A stretch of DNA of 64,000 bases, taken from positions 1 to 64,000 of IMG/VR virus record IMGVR_UViG_2744054895_000001, one strand, 5' to 3'. The stretch comes from a virus. Lineage: Duplodnaviria > Caudoviricetes. Numbering within the stretch: the stretch's first letter is position 1; each line of letters starts with the position of its first letter. This document shows, one piece after another, positions 47,336-57,199 of the stretch. The notes beneath the pieces are model-generated. The model saw only the letters and a list, made by a program, of their open reading frames with translations. It was not told the DNA's origin and did not search any database. The position numbers were made by a program, and so were the translations under genes.

Positions 47336-47952
47336 GATCCCTCCTTGAGCTGCAACTCCACCGACACGGTCATCGCGCACCGCTGAGGAACCATCTGGCT
47401 GGTGAAGTGCGTGTATTCGATGGACAACGACGACACGTACCCGTAGTAGGAAAGGGCAGCATTCGACGTCGGGCCACCGAAGTAGAACATGCACGGAAGC
47501 GACTGCATCGGCTGGATCTTCTTCGCGTTCGCGCCCTTCGCTGTGTCGTCGTACACGCCCGTGACGTAGTAGAACGCGTCCACGTCGGCGAGGACGCCAC
47601 GGACTTCCGCGCCCTCACTGGAAACACCGTTCTTCCCGAAGCCCCCCGTCAGCTCGTACGTGCGGTCGTAGAGCAGGCTGAACGAGAGCTGCCCGATCCC
47701 GGAGGCCCCGAGATAGTTGCCGTCTGTGGAACGCTGGTCCGCCGAGAGGACCGCGCTGGCACTGTGGCTGACGCTGATCGTGGTCGGGTTGAAGAGGAAG
47801 TCCACACGGCGCCCGCTCTTGGCGGACGGGCCGACAAGCGGCGCGCCTTGCAGGATAGCTCCGCGCCAGTATGTCTGCGGGTGCCGCTGGAGGCCGAGCC
47901 GCGGAACGGATGTCATGCGGCTGTCGAACTTCGGATTGCCTTTGACTGCCAT
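47332..47952 (-). CDS. Tube initiator-like protein (contractile tail)
   Basis: F.FNP..I..S, LL.DRT.E, GY..S.S..YT.F...MVP.R motifs; between tape measure and LysM genes. Confidence 0.7.
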   Translation of the reverse strand: MAVKGNPKFDSRMTSVPRLGLQRHPQTYWRGAILQGAPLVGPSAKSGRRVDFLFNPTTISVSHSASAVLSADQRSTDGNYLGASGIGQLSFSLLYDRTYELTGGFGKNGVSSEGAEVRGVLADVDAFYYVTGVYDDTAKGANAKKIQPMQSLPCMFYFGGPTSNAALSYYGYVSSLSIEYTHFTSQMVPQRCAMTVSVELQLKEGS

Positions 47953-50900
47953 CAGACACCCACTCCCAACTGCTTGATCCGGTTGTCTGCTGCGATGTAG
48001 TCAACGACCTTCTTGGCGGCGTCAGACGCTGCCCGATCGGACATCGAGCCGTTGACGTTGATCTGAATGGCGCCCTGGGCGAAGGAGAGCGACACGCCGC
48101 CGCCGGTTCCAACGCCGCCGGAAGCGGCGGACGCTCCGGCCGGCGAGACGACGTTGACTGAGTCCTTGATGAGCGCCTGACGGATCGTTTCGGCTTTGGC
48201 TGCCGGAATGATCATCTCACCCTTGTGGACCCGGGCGTCGAGGTCCTGAGGGATCTCCCAGGCGCCGGAGGCGTACCAGTGGGGATTGCGCTTTTGCCAC
48301 AGCTCCCACGCCTTGGACGGCTTACCGTAGTCCGGCCGGCCGGCAATGTAGTCCAGACCCCATTCGATCTGTGTTGCAGGGTTGGTCCGCCAGTCCTTGC
48401 CCTTGGAGGCCATTTTCTCGGCAGGGAGGCTCTGCGCAATTCCGTACGCGCCGGAACTGGGGTTCTTCGCCTTATGGTTCCAGTTCGACTCGTGCTCCCA
48501 CAGTTGAAAGAGGGCGTCCCATTCCTTCCCTGTCCAGCCCCTCTGGGCCGCGAGCTTCTTGCCCAGAGCGACGTTGCCCTTGGGATTCGAGGGCGCGCTG
48601 GAGACGGCAGTGGAACTCTCGGCGTTGGTCGACTCCCCCGTACCACTGGTGCGTGGTCCCATCGAGTAGCCGGATCCGCGGGCCAGTGCCGCGGTTAGGG
48701 CGTCGATCTCGTTCTGGCCGATGCTGCTGCCACTGCCGCCGTACCAGCCAGCGTTCCCGGCGCCGGCCTCGTCGTCGGTCTGCTTGGTGTCCGTGTTGTA
48801 GCTGGACAGCGCGCCGACCCCGCTGGCCACCCGGCGGACCTCCTTGATCTCGCCCAAGGTGAACGACCGCACACGAACGTCCAGGCCGGTGCGCGGCGCC
48901 TCGACGAGCTTGCCGCTGCCGATCGCCATCATCACGTGGCCAGGTTCGGGGAAGAGCAGGTCACCGGGCTGGATATGCTGCTTGTCGACCTCGACGCCCA
49001 CCTTCATCTGCTGCTGCGAGGTACGCGGCAGGTTGATGCCGGCCTGCCGATAGGCCCACGAAGTCAGGCCCGAGCAGTCGAAGCCGTGCTTGGGGTCCTC
49101 GGCACCCCACACGTAGGGGACACCGACCTGACCGAGCGCAGCCTGGATCGCCGACGACGCGTTGCCGTTCGCGACGTGGCCAGCCGTGGCGCTGGACGAC
49201 TTCTCGCCGCTGGAAGACGACGATGCCGTTGCGCCGCCGGCACCACCGCCGATGTTGATGGGGAGCAGGCTCTTGCCGAGGTTCCAGAGCGACTTGATCT
49301 TGTTGATCGGCCCCTTCGTGGCGGTCGCCCATGCTCCCGAGGCGCCCACGATCTGCTTAACACCAGGCAGTTCGAGGAAGCCGTTGATCGCTGCCTCGAA
49401 CTTCTGCACCGCCTTGGTGGCGGTCTCCAGGTTGTGGGCGAAGGAGTCACCCATGACGGCGTCGTGCTGCCGTTCCTGGGCTTCGAAGGTCTTCCGTGTC
49501 TGTCCCAGGCTTTCCGAGACGCCGTACTTGGTCAGCTTCTTGCGGGCCGCGTCGCCCTTGCTGCCGGTCTGGGCAGCCTGCGCGATGAGCTCGTCGGCCG
49601 ATCCGGAGGTCATGCCAGAGTTCTTGAGGAGTGTGTTCCTCCCCCGCATGTACTCCTTCAGGTTGTCGACCGTCTCGGCGTCCCACCCGGACGCCTGTCC
49701 GAGCTGGTCGATGTTGTAGTCGAGCGCCTGGCCGCTGGCGGTGGCTGCCGCGAACTTCTTGGACGAGATGGACGTCGTTCCGAAGGTCCGCTTCATGATG
49801 CTGTCAGCGAGCGTGCCGATTCCTGCCGCCTTGCCGCCCGCACCGATGGTGCGTCCGTATCCGAGACGCTGAGCCGCCAATGATGCCTGCGGGTTGTAGA
49901 CGCCGGAGTACAGCTTGGCGCCGGTCTCGGCATCCAAGCCGGCGACGTAGGAGGCACCGAAGGCTCTCCCGCGGACAGCAGCCTGCGCAGAAGTGCCATA
50001 GGTCAGGCCGAAGTTTTTGTCCAACAGGAAGTTAGCGTTGCTCGCATCCTCTGTGGACTTCGCGACGACCATGCCGTAGCTGTGGTCGCGAATCTGGTTC
50101 TTCCAGCCCCACTTGTCGTAGCTGTTCGGGGCGCCGCCGGAAGCGATATAAGCCCAGTTGGTGTACCGGTCCATCTCTTCCATCTGCGGGCGCATGCGGT
50201 CGCCGTACTTGACCGCCTGCCCGTAGACCGCGCCCAGTGGTCCCTTGAAGTCTGCGGCCTTCTGGCTGGCGACCATGGCCGCGGCGTTCTGGCTCTCGCC
50301 AGCCGGCACCGTGGCGCCGAACCCTCCAGGGGGCGGAACAGACGAACCGTTCCCAGAGCTTCCACCTCCGCCTCGGCCACGTCCGCCGGAGTTTCCGCCT
50401 CCGAGATTGAAGACGGTGCCGTTACGGGAGGCGTAGAAGCCACTGCCGGCGACGTAGGCGCTCGACAGGCCGGTCGCCCGGTTGTAGGCCCACATCCGTT
50501 GACCGGCACGCAGACCCCACGTCGTGTGGTCCGCGGCGTCCTGCCTGCGTATCGCTTCGTCGAACAGTGACCCGTAGTAGGCGTCAGCGTTGGCCTGTCG
50601 CGCCTGAGCGACTCGGTCAGGCGTCATACGAGCCATCAGGTCCGGGTTTATCCCTGGTGTGCGGCGCTGGTGACGGGCCTGACGAGCGGCTGCACGGGCC
50701 TGGGCAGCGGCTTGCGACGCGGACATGTTCTGCGTGTACTGCTGGCTCGCTTGCGCCCCGTACGTGCTCGCCCACGCCTGCTGGGCGTCCAAACCCTGCT
50801 GGTACACCGACTGCTGCCGCTGTGCCCGAGTCTGCGCGGCCTGCTGCTGCATCTGCGCACGCATCTGTGCCCGCGCCTGGCGGGCAGCCTCACGTGCGTC

Positions 50901-51410
50901 TGCCGCTGCCCGCGACGCGGACAGATGTCCGGAAACAGCGTCGCCGTGACCGCCCCATGTCGGCTGCGCGTTGAGGATGCGCTGGGTGAACGCTTCCTGC
51001 CGAGCCGCCCGCGATGCGCCGATGCTCCGGGTGGCGTCCATCTGCGCCTGGTGGCGAGCCGCCAGACGGTCGGCGAGAGGGCCTGTGTAGACGCGGCCGG
51101 TGGTGGGATGCGTGAAGACACCGCCGGTCTGGGTGACGGTGTTCGCCGGCGGGTGGGAGATCGGTGCCGGGTTGATGCGCGTGGTTTGGTTGGCCGCTGG
51201 GAACGCCTGCGCGGGCAGTCCTCGGAAGGCCGCGCCTCGGGTGGCCGAGTTGATCGCGCCCTGGAGGGCCCGGTTGAGGGCGGTGATGTTGGCACCGAGC
51301 TTGCCGATGTCGCTGGCGACCTTGTCGGCCGCGCGCTGCATCCCATTGGTGCCAAGGAGGCGACCCCCGAAGGTGGGCTCTCCGCGGTTGATCTCGTTGT
51401 CTTCAGCCAC
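47952..51410 (-). CDS. Tape measure protein with NlpC/P60 and lytic transglycosylase domains
   Basis: Long helical protein; G.PYVWG..FDCSGL..LPRTS..PGDLLF..GHV; ES.W...A.NP.SGAYG.AQ.LP. Confidence 0.85.
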   Translation of the reverse strand: MAEDNEINRGEPTFGGRLLGTNGMQRAADKVASDIGKLGANITALNRALQGAINSATRGAAFRGLPAQAFPAANQTTRINPAPISHPPANTVTQTGGVFTHPTTGRVYTGPLADRLAARHQAQMDATRSIGASRAARQEAFTQRILNAQPTWGGHGDAVSGHLSASRAAADAREAARQARAQMRAQMQQQAAQTRAQRQQSVYQQGLDAQQAWASTYGAQASQQYTQNMSASQAAAQARAAARQARHQRRTPGINPDLMARMTPDRVAQARQANADAYYGSLFDEAIRRQDAADHTTWGLRAGQRMWAYNRATGLSSAYVAGSGFYASRNGTVFNLGGGNSGGRGRGGGGSSGNGSSVPPPGGFGATVPAGESQNAAAMVASQKAADFKGPLGAVYGQAVKYGDRMRPQMEEMDRYTNWAYIASGGAPNSYDKWGWKNQIRDHSYGMVVAKSTEDASNANFLLDKNFGLTYGTSAQAAVRGRAFGASYVAGLDAETGAKLYSGVYNPQASLAAQRLGYGRTIGAGGKAAGIGTLADSIMKRTFGTTSISSKKFAAATASGQALDYNIDQLGQASGWDAETVDNLKEYMRGRNTLLKNSGMTSGSADELIAQAAQTGSKGDAARKKLTKYGVSESLGQTRKTFEAQERQHDAVMGDSFAHNLETATKAVQKFEAAINGFLELPGVKQIVGASGAWATATKGPINKIKSLWNLGKSLLPINIGGGAGGATASSSSSGEKSSSATAGHVANGNASSAIQAALGQVGVPYVWGAEDPKHGFDCSGLTSWAYRQAGINLPRTSQQQMKVGVEVDKQHIQPGDLLFPEPGHVMMAIGSGKLVEAPRTGLDVRVRSFTLGEIKEVRRVASGVGALSSYNTDTKQTDDEAGAGNAGWYGGSGSSIGQNEIDALTAALARGSGYSMGPRTSGTGESTNAESSTAVSSAPSNPKGNVALGKKLAAQRGWTGKEWDALFQLWEHESNWNHKAKNPSSGAYGIAQSLPAEKMASKGKDWRTNPATQIEWGLDYIAGRPDYGKPSKAWELWQKRNPHWYASGAWEIPQDLDARVHKGEMIIPAAKAETIRQALIKDSVNVVSPAGASAASGGVGTGGGVSLSFAQGAIQINVNGSMSDRAASDAAKKVVDYIAADNRIKQLGVGV

Positions 51411-51576
51411 TGGAAGCCGCCGCCTCCCTTCTTCCCTTGACCCAGACCGCCAGGTCGCGCCAGTACTCACGCTCCTGGACGGTCAGGTTCTTGATCTCGC
51501 TGAGTTGCCACTCGGGGTGGGCGTAGGCGAGCGTGGTGTAGTCAGCCCGTGCTGCTCGGGCGTCAGAAATCGCGAA
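51403..51576 (-). CDS. Tail chaperone C-terminal extension (no start codon; likely reached by +1 frameshift)
   Basis: DYTTLAYAHPEWQLSEIKNLTVQEREYW frame is bounded by an upstream TAG and contains no ATG/GTG/TTG. Confidence 0.6.
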   Translation of the reverse strand, partial: FAISDARAARADYTTLAYAHPEWQLSEIKNLTVQEREYWRDLAVWVKGRREAAASSG

Positions 51577-52417
51577 AGATGTCCGCTACCGAGAGCGGCA
51601 GCGGAACCTCCCCTCCGCACGCCTCGTGCTCGATGGACACCTCCAACAGCCGGGGGCCGGGCTGGGTTGCGGCGAGCTGACTGAGGATGTTCCGGATGTC
51701 GCCCATGCCGAGGGATTTGGCCAGGTCCGCGCTGCCGGGCGTGACCTTGCCCTGTGCGTCTCGGACCTCGACCAGGCAGCACCCCAGCATGTAGGTGTTG
51801 CGCTCGGCGTCCGTTGCCTTGGGGAGCGCGAGCATGGCCGCCTGGTCAGCGCCGGTCGGGTAGCGCACGATCGCGCAGCCGCCTTTGCGCATCGGGACCG
51901 TCAGCTTGGTGGAGGTCGCCGTCTGGGGCTGGATGTCGGCAAGGGAGATGGTGGCCGCGAAGTCCTCGCCGCAGTTGGGGCAGCGTATTTCGGAGAACTC
52001 CATCTCGTCGCCGAAGGTGACCCGGCGGATGGCGATGACCAGCGCATCGCGGTCGCCGAGCAGAAGCTGCGGGAGAACGTCGGAGGTAGCCGGTACGTCA
52101 CCGATGCGGACGGTGCCCAGCTCCAGGAGCGTCTCCAGTAGGCGGAGCGGGTTGGACCGTACGCGGGCCAGGGCCTCCTCGTCGGCGCCGGTCAGCTCGC
52201 GTACTTCCGCCTCGGTGATGACGTGGTCCTCGCGGACCAGGCCAGCGGGGAGGGTGATCAGGCAGTCTGCGGGCACCGGTATGACCGGAGGCTCCCCGAC
52301 GGAGTCGGAGATGAGTGACTGGATGGCGGCGGTCGCGCCCTGGGTGTCGCCGAGAACGTCGACCTGCCGACCACCAGCCGGAGAATCGAAGGTCCAGTCG
52401 TACTGCATGTCAGACAT
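51563..52417 (-). CDS. Tail assembly chaperone/baseplate hub assembly protein (T4 gp26-like)
   Basis: VRELTG.DEE, L..GDRD.L...IR..TFG, CP.C; between tube and tape measure genes. Confidence 0.75.
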   Translation of the reverse strand: MSDMQYDWTFDSPAGGRQVDVLGDTQGATAAIQSLISDSVGEPPVIPVPADCLITLPAGLVREDHVITEAEVRELTGADEEALARVRSNPLRLLETLLELGTVRIGDVPATSDVLPQLLLGDRDALVIAIRRVTFGDEMEFSEIRCPNCGEDFAATISLADIQPQTATSTKLTVPMRKGGCAIVRYPTGADQAAMLALPKATDAERNTYMLGCCLVEVRDAQGKVTPGSADLAKSLGMGDIRNILSQLAATQPGPRLLEVSIEHEACGGEVPLPLSVADIFRDF

Positions 52418-52439
52418 GAATTGTTCCTTGTTTCGGGGA

Positions 52440-52802
52440 TTACTTTATGACTGCGTAGGAATTCGGACCGTAACTGTCCGCGACCTTGAAGTCCCATCCC
52501 TCGTGCGCGAACGTGAGCTGGGAAACGGCGAATGTATTGCTTCCAGCGTCGAGGTCACCAAAGGCAACCGAGGTGGGCCAAGCGTTGTAGAGGCGCCATA
52601 CCGCCTTTACTGCTGCCTTGCTCTTGGTAACCGGGTGGTCGATGAGCATGATGTCGATCGTGGCCCGGAATTCTGAGCCGGTATCGGATCCGGATCCGTT
52701 GCCCTGCATGACGTCGAAGAGCTGGTACATCCAGTTCACGAGTTTCTGGTCGCCCGGCATCATTCCCTTGGAAAGGGTGACGGGGCTGAAGTCGCTCTGA
52801 CC
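52440..52802 (-). CDS. Tail tube protein (gp19-like), exon 2
   Basis: GQSDFSPVTLSKG...LYNAWP...DLDA...L.FAHEG; joins exon 1 to give 194 aa. Confidence 0.85.
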   Translation of the reverse strand, partial: GQSDFSPVTLSKGMMPGDQKLVNWMYQLFDVMQGNGSGSDTGSEFRATIDIMLIDHPVTKSKAAVKAVWRLYNAWPTSVAFGDLDAGSNTFAVSQLTFAHEGWDFKVADSYGPNSYAVIK

Positions 52803-53100
52803 CAGAGGCTGTTACCTCTCCGGTTTCCCGGAGCGGGCTGGTCATTTCTGCCAGCCTCTCGCATTCTCATGCGAGTTCGGACTCTATCTTCACCCCAGAG
52901 GGGTGTCCCGTACATAGTCTCTGGACCTTCCCGTCGGTTTCCCAGGCGGGCTCGGCTGCTGATTTTCCCTACCCTCGGACTTCTCAAGCCGTCGCGCTCA
53001 GGCTTTCGCCCCACGCTGTGGCGCCGAGGTCTAACAGGACGTTCCAGCAATTCTCGGGATTTTCACTCGCTACTTACGCAGCGAGGGCCCAGTCAAGTTG
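52803..53100 (-). ncRNA. Group I intron (298 nt, no homing endonuclease) in the tail tube gene
   Basis: Exon-terminal U with P1 GCCU/GGGC; P AAUUGCUGGAA, Q AAUCAGCAG, R CAGAGACUA, S AAGAUAGAGUC; terminal G; removal restores KMP|GQSDF. Confidence 0.88.
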
Positions 53101-53322
53101 AGGCATTTTCTGAGTGGTCGTGTTCATGCCGCCGGCCCTGTATGCGATGACGTCAGTCGTCACGGAAAGGCCGGAAACCGACATGAAGCCGAGCTTTGGA
53201 TAGGCAGAGGACAGCTTGCCGACCTGGCTGATCTGGACGTGGAACTTGAACGAGCGAAGGGGGTCCGTCTGTCGCGAGGCCAGGCTCTGGCTTTGCGAGA
53301 CGGTCTTGAGGGTGGATGCCAT
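53101..53322 (-). CDS. Tail tube protein (gp19-like), exon 1
   Basis: DPLRSFKF.V..GF..VSGL...YR.GG.N....KMP. Confidence 0.85.
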
Positions 53323-53434
53323 TCTCTACTCCCGTAGCACGAGGTGCGCCGGGTAGTTCTGCGTGTGAATTCCGAGTGGTGTTCGAAGGGGTTTACGACA
53401 GGGCCGCACTACTTCGATCCGGGCCCCGACCTCC

Positions 53435-54985
53435 TTATGAGGATTCGGTGACCGTCGCGCCACCGTCGTACTGGCTGATGTGGATTGCGACGTACTCGGC
53501 CGGCCGCGCCACAGCAATGCCCACGTCGATGTGGACCTCTCCGTTGTCGACGGTGGTCGCGGTGTTGTTGGTGTCGTCACAGATCACCTGGAACGCGGTG
53601 TCGGGCGTCGAGCTGGCGAACATCCCCGCCTGCGCCTGGGTGGTGAGCTGCTGGCTGAGGGTGGCCGAGATGGAGTGCCACAGCTCGGGGGTGTTGGGTG
53701 CGAACACCGCGCTGCGGGTGAGGTCCACGAGGATCTTGCGGGTGTACGTGAGCAGCCGGCGGACGGCGACGTACCGGTCTGGGTAGCCCGACTTCAAGGT
53801 CCTGGCGCCCATGATGCAGATGCCCGCCTGGGGGATCTGCCTGATGATGTTGATACCCCACGCGTTGAGGTTGTCGAGCTGAGAGTTCGTGAACCGCAGC
53901 TCGGTGGAGTAAACCCCGACGAGACGGCTGAGCGTGCCTGCCGCCGACTGGTGTGGGCCGTAGAGCGTGTCGGTCTGGGCGAACCTGCCGAGCACTGCAC
54001 CACCGGGCGGCAGAGTGCGGGTGGCACCAGCGGCGATGGAGGACGGGTCTGCGGACACCAGCCACGGACCGTAGACGGCTGCGTAGGAGCTGGCCTTCAG
54101 TGGCGGCGGGCTGGTGCTGGAGTTGGCAGCCGGCGAGAGCTTGGCGTAGGCGGTGACGGCGGAAGGCACGTCCAATGACGGCGTCTGTGGTGCGTCGACT
54201 ACGACGAAGGCGTATCCGTAGTCCTCCGCCCAGGTGATGACGGCGTTGAGGATGGAAGTGTCGGTGACGCCCGGCAGGTTGATATTGACGATCTCACCTG
54301 TTGATTCGAGCTGCTTGGTCGCGGCGACCAGGTCGGGGGTGGCGCTGCCGTCGATGCCGCCAGTCAGGGGCGTACCGGTCTGCACGGCGGGCGTGATCGG
54401 TGTGCTCCATGCGTCGGTGGCGATGTAGTCGGCTTTGACGAATGCCGAGCCGTTGACTGGGGAGTTGATCATCGCGACCAGGTTCCGGGAGTCCGCCGGG
54501 TCGAGGCTGACGTCGTTGTATCGGTCGGCGATGTAGGTGTCCGTGGTCCCGCCGACCTTGACAGCCAGGTTGAAGCGGCCGGCACCTGTGTTGGCGTCGG
54601 TGACGTCGATGTAGACCTTGTTGCCGAACGCGCCGGCTGCCCTGGCCGTGAGGGTCAGGAGGGGCTCGGGGGTGGCCTGGCGGTCGTTGAGGGTGACCGC
54701 CGCGGCGACCGAGTCGGCAGGTACGGCACGGCAGATGTACGCCTTGCCGCCGCCGTTGGAGAAGTAGGAGTACACCGCGTAAGGCAGCAGGTCTGTGCCG
54801 GTTCCCCAGCCGCCGTAGACGAGGTTGAACTGCGACCAGGAGGTGATCAGCGTGGGCACGGCCGGACCGAAGTTGTGGGCGCCGACGAACGCTGCGATGG
54901 CCTCGCCGGGGTTGGCGGTGACCGGGTTGGAGATCGCATCCAGTGTCTCGTCCACGTAGATGCCGGGGCGCAGGAAAGTCGCCAT
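53435..54985 (-). CDS. Tail sheath protein
   Basis: RPGIYV.E, P.LITSW, AAVY.PW, PP.G...G, LN..GIN.IR, GARTL, YV.VRR, P.EY. Confidence 0.92.
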   Translation of the reverse strand: MATFLRPGIYVDETLDAISNPVTANPGEAIAAFVGAHNFGPAVPTLITSWSQFNLVYGGWGTGTDLLPYAVYSYFSNGGGKAYICRAVPADSVAAAVTLNDRQATPEPLLTLTARAAGAFGNKVYIDVTDANTGAGRFNLAVKVGGTTDTYIADRYNDVSLDPADSRNLVAMINSPVNGSAFVKADYIATDAWSTPITPAVQTGTPLTGGIDGSATPDLVAATKQLESTGEIVNINLPGVTDTSILNAVITWAEDYGYAFVVVDAPQTPSLDVPSAVTAYAKLSPAANSSTSPPPLKASSYAAVYGPWLVSADPSSIAAGATRTLPPGGAVLGRFAQTDTLYGPHQSAAGTLSRLVGVYSTELRFTNSQLDNLNAWGINIIRQIPQAGICIMGARTLKSGYPDRYVAVRRLLTYTRKILVDLTRSAVFAPNTPELWHSISATLSQQLTTQAQAGMFASSTPDTAFQVICDDTNNTATTVDNGEVHIDVGIAVARPAEYVAIHISQYDGGATVTESS

Positions 54986-55006
54986 AGAGAGAAGCTCCTT
55001 CAGGGC

Positions 55007-55591
55007 CTACTGGCCGAGGGGATGAGTGGTGAGTTCGACCGTTTGGACGGGCTTGATTTCAGCGATCTCGTCGAGCAGCTCGGCGCTGAGGTGGAGCAGA
55101 TAGTCGACCTGCCACAGGCGCTTTCCCTGGGAGTCGCGGCCCTCGTTGAATTCAGGTCCGCCAGCGACTTCGAGGCGTCGCACGGTTCCGTCCTGCGGTA
55201 CTTCCAGGTAGGCCCAGCGCGGGTGGAGGTAGTCTCTGACGGAAAGCATCTGGGCGATGTTGGCGGCGTGCCGCTGCTTTCGTGCGTAGACGGTGACCTG
55301 GTACTCGAACAGGTACGGGATGGGGTCAGCCGTCAAGTAGGACTTAGCGGTGTCGTACCCCTCTGGGGTGTAGCCGAGTTCGACCGTTCCGCGATGTTCC
55401 CGTTGGTGGTCGGGCTCGACTCGGGTGCGCTCGATGACGATGATTGGGAATGTCGATGTCGCCAACTCGTTTTCAGGGAGACGGAATCGGACGTCGACCG
55501 GAAGGCCCTCGGCAGGTGTGTTGGTGTCCTTGACAACCAAACCCTGGAGCTTCGCCTTGATGGCGGCATCCTCATTGGCTATCCAGGACAT
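55007..55591 (-). CDS. Putative tail terminator/neck protein
   Basis: V.F..PE.E....FP.I.I; P.P....YQV; upstream of the sheath gene. Confidence 0.6.
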   Translation of the reverse strand: MSWIANEDAAIKAKLQGLVVKDTNTPAEGLPVDVRFRLPENELATSTFPIIVIERTRVEPDHQREHRGTVELGYTPEGYDTAKSYLTADPIPYLFEYQVTVYARKQRHAANIAQMLSVRDYLHPRWAYLEVPQDGTVRRLEVAGGPEFNEGRDSQGKRLWQVDYLLHLSAELLDEIAEIKPVQTVELTTHPLGQ

Positions 55592-55675
55592 TACTCGGGG
55601 CCTTCCGGTGCTTACGTCACGATTTCTCCGAATTCAGGATTGCAGGATTCATAGGAATCTGTTACAGGCCCGGAT

Positions 55676-57187
55676 TTAGGCGACGGCGGCCCAAACGTTG
55701 GTCGCATCCGGCGTGGCGCTGGTCATCGTGTAGCTGGCCGGAAGTGCGGTCTGGCCGGAGGCGGAGCGGCAGAACCGGTAATTGCCGGGGGTGAGGTGGG
55801 CGTTGCCGGGGGTGAAGTTGCCCATGGTGCTGCCGCATGCGAACGTCGGGCTCGTCGGTCCGTTCACGAGGAGGCCGACGTAGTACTTGCCCGCTGCTGC
55901 CGAGTACGAGGACATGAGCGCCATCGTCTTGTCGCCGGCGGTGCCCCACGCCGTCGACTGGTCGTTGGTGACGGCGACGCGGGTACCGCTGGTGGTGTAG
56001 AGACCCGCCAGGCACTGTCCCGAGGTGAGGCCCGATCCGCCAGCGCCGAGGTTGACGCACAGGCTGCTGATCGTGGCCGCGTTGCGCAGCACGATCTCAA
56101 CAAAGTAGATGTAGCCGGTGTTGAGCGTGGTGCCGGTTGTTGAGCAGCACGCTGGGTCAAACGTCCAGGCCGTCAGGCCGTGGTCGGTGGGGCGCCACTC
56201 GTTTCGCGGGACAGTGGACAGGTCGACGACGATGCCAGTCGAGGTGCGCAGCTTCAGGACGCCGGCCTCGGAGTACAGCAGCGAGCCGCCAGTCGGGTTG
56301 GCCGTCGGGACGGTGGCGGCGTCCTTGATGCTGACGATCGCTCCAGCCCCGCCTCCTAGGTCAGCGGTGGTGGATCCGAGTTGGAGCGCTCCGGTGGTGA
56401 AGTGCGTCAGCTTGCTGATGGGGTTGCCTGCGGCGGTCACCTCGAAGCCGATGTTTCCGTTGACGTCCTTGAACCGGGCGATCGACGGTGCCGTCGAGGA
56501 AGCCGCGGTCACCTCGAACGCCACGGTGCTGGCATCGTTCTGCTGGATACAGAGTCGGCCGGCATAGACGGGACCATCGATGGCGAGGCTGCCGGTGACG
56601 AGGTTGTCCACCATCCAGGCGCCCTGGCGCAGCGTGGCCGGGCCGGGACCGGTGTGGGAAGTGGTGTAGGCGTACCCCGCAAGGCCCTTCAGCGACGGGT
56701 CGGCCGTGATAATGCCCTCTGCGTACTGCGGGAGTCCATAGCCGTAAACGATGGAATCCGAGCGCTTCCGCTTTCGCAGGTAGACGCCGTCGCCTTCGGT
56801 GCTGCCGTTGACGCTGGTGTTGGCCTCGATCGACCAGATGTAAACCGAATCGAACGCGTAGCAAATGCCGGTGTGCTCACTGCCTCCGTCCCCATAGAAG
56901 ATTTGACTGCCCACCGCGGGATACCAACTCCAGCGACTTGCCGCCTGGAACCAGGCGACGCCGGTCGAGCAGTCTGCGGTACGCGGGAAAAGATTCGCGA
57001 CACCAGCTCTCATGGCGACCCACGAGGTGAACGTCGCGCACCATGACTGTCCATCGGCCCAGGAAAGCCCGGGGACTTCGGCGGCGTAACGAGTGAGATT
57101 GTTCCAGCCGCCCTCGCTGTAACCTTCACGGACGCCGACCTGGCTCTTGGCTACCGCGATGACGAGCGGCATCTGGGGAATGACCAT
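55676..57187 (-). CDS. CHAP-domain protein with beta-rich virion-like C-terminus
   Basis: A.SQVG.RE, WCA.F.SW, HTGI, IE.NT, YGYG.P. Confidence 0.7.
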   Translation of the reverse strand: MVIPQMPLVIAVAKSQVGVREGYSEGGWNNLTRYAAEVPGLSWADGQSWCATFTSWVAMRAGVANLFPRTADCSTGVAWFQAASRWSWYPAVGSQIFYGDGGSEHTGICYAFDSVYIWSIEANTSVNGSTEGDGVYLRKRKRSDSIVYGYGLPQYAEGIITADPSLKGLAGYAYTTSHTGPGPATLRQGAWMVDNLVTGSLAIDGPVYAGRLCIQQNDASTVAFEVTAASSTAPSIARFKDVNGNIGFEVTAAGNPISKLTHFTTGALQLGSTTADLGGGAGAIVSIKDAATVPTANPTGGSLLYSEAGVLKLRTSTGIVVDLSTVPRNEWRPTDHGLTAWTFDPACCSTTGTTLNTGYIYFVEIVLRNAATISSLCVNLGAGGSGLTSGQCLAGLYTTSGTRVAVTNDQSTAWGTAGDKTMALMSSYSAAAGKYYVGLLVNGPTSPTFACGSTMGNFTPGNAHLTPGNYRFCRSASGQTALPASYTMTSATPDATNVWAAVA

Positions 57188-57199
57188 GGGGGCTCCTTG

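Noticed and set aside
36846-55591. Extracellular contractile injection system or tailocin
   Set aside because: Capsid, scaffold, neck and full replication genes are present, so this is a phage
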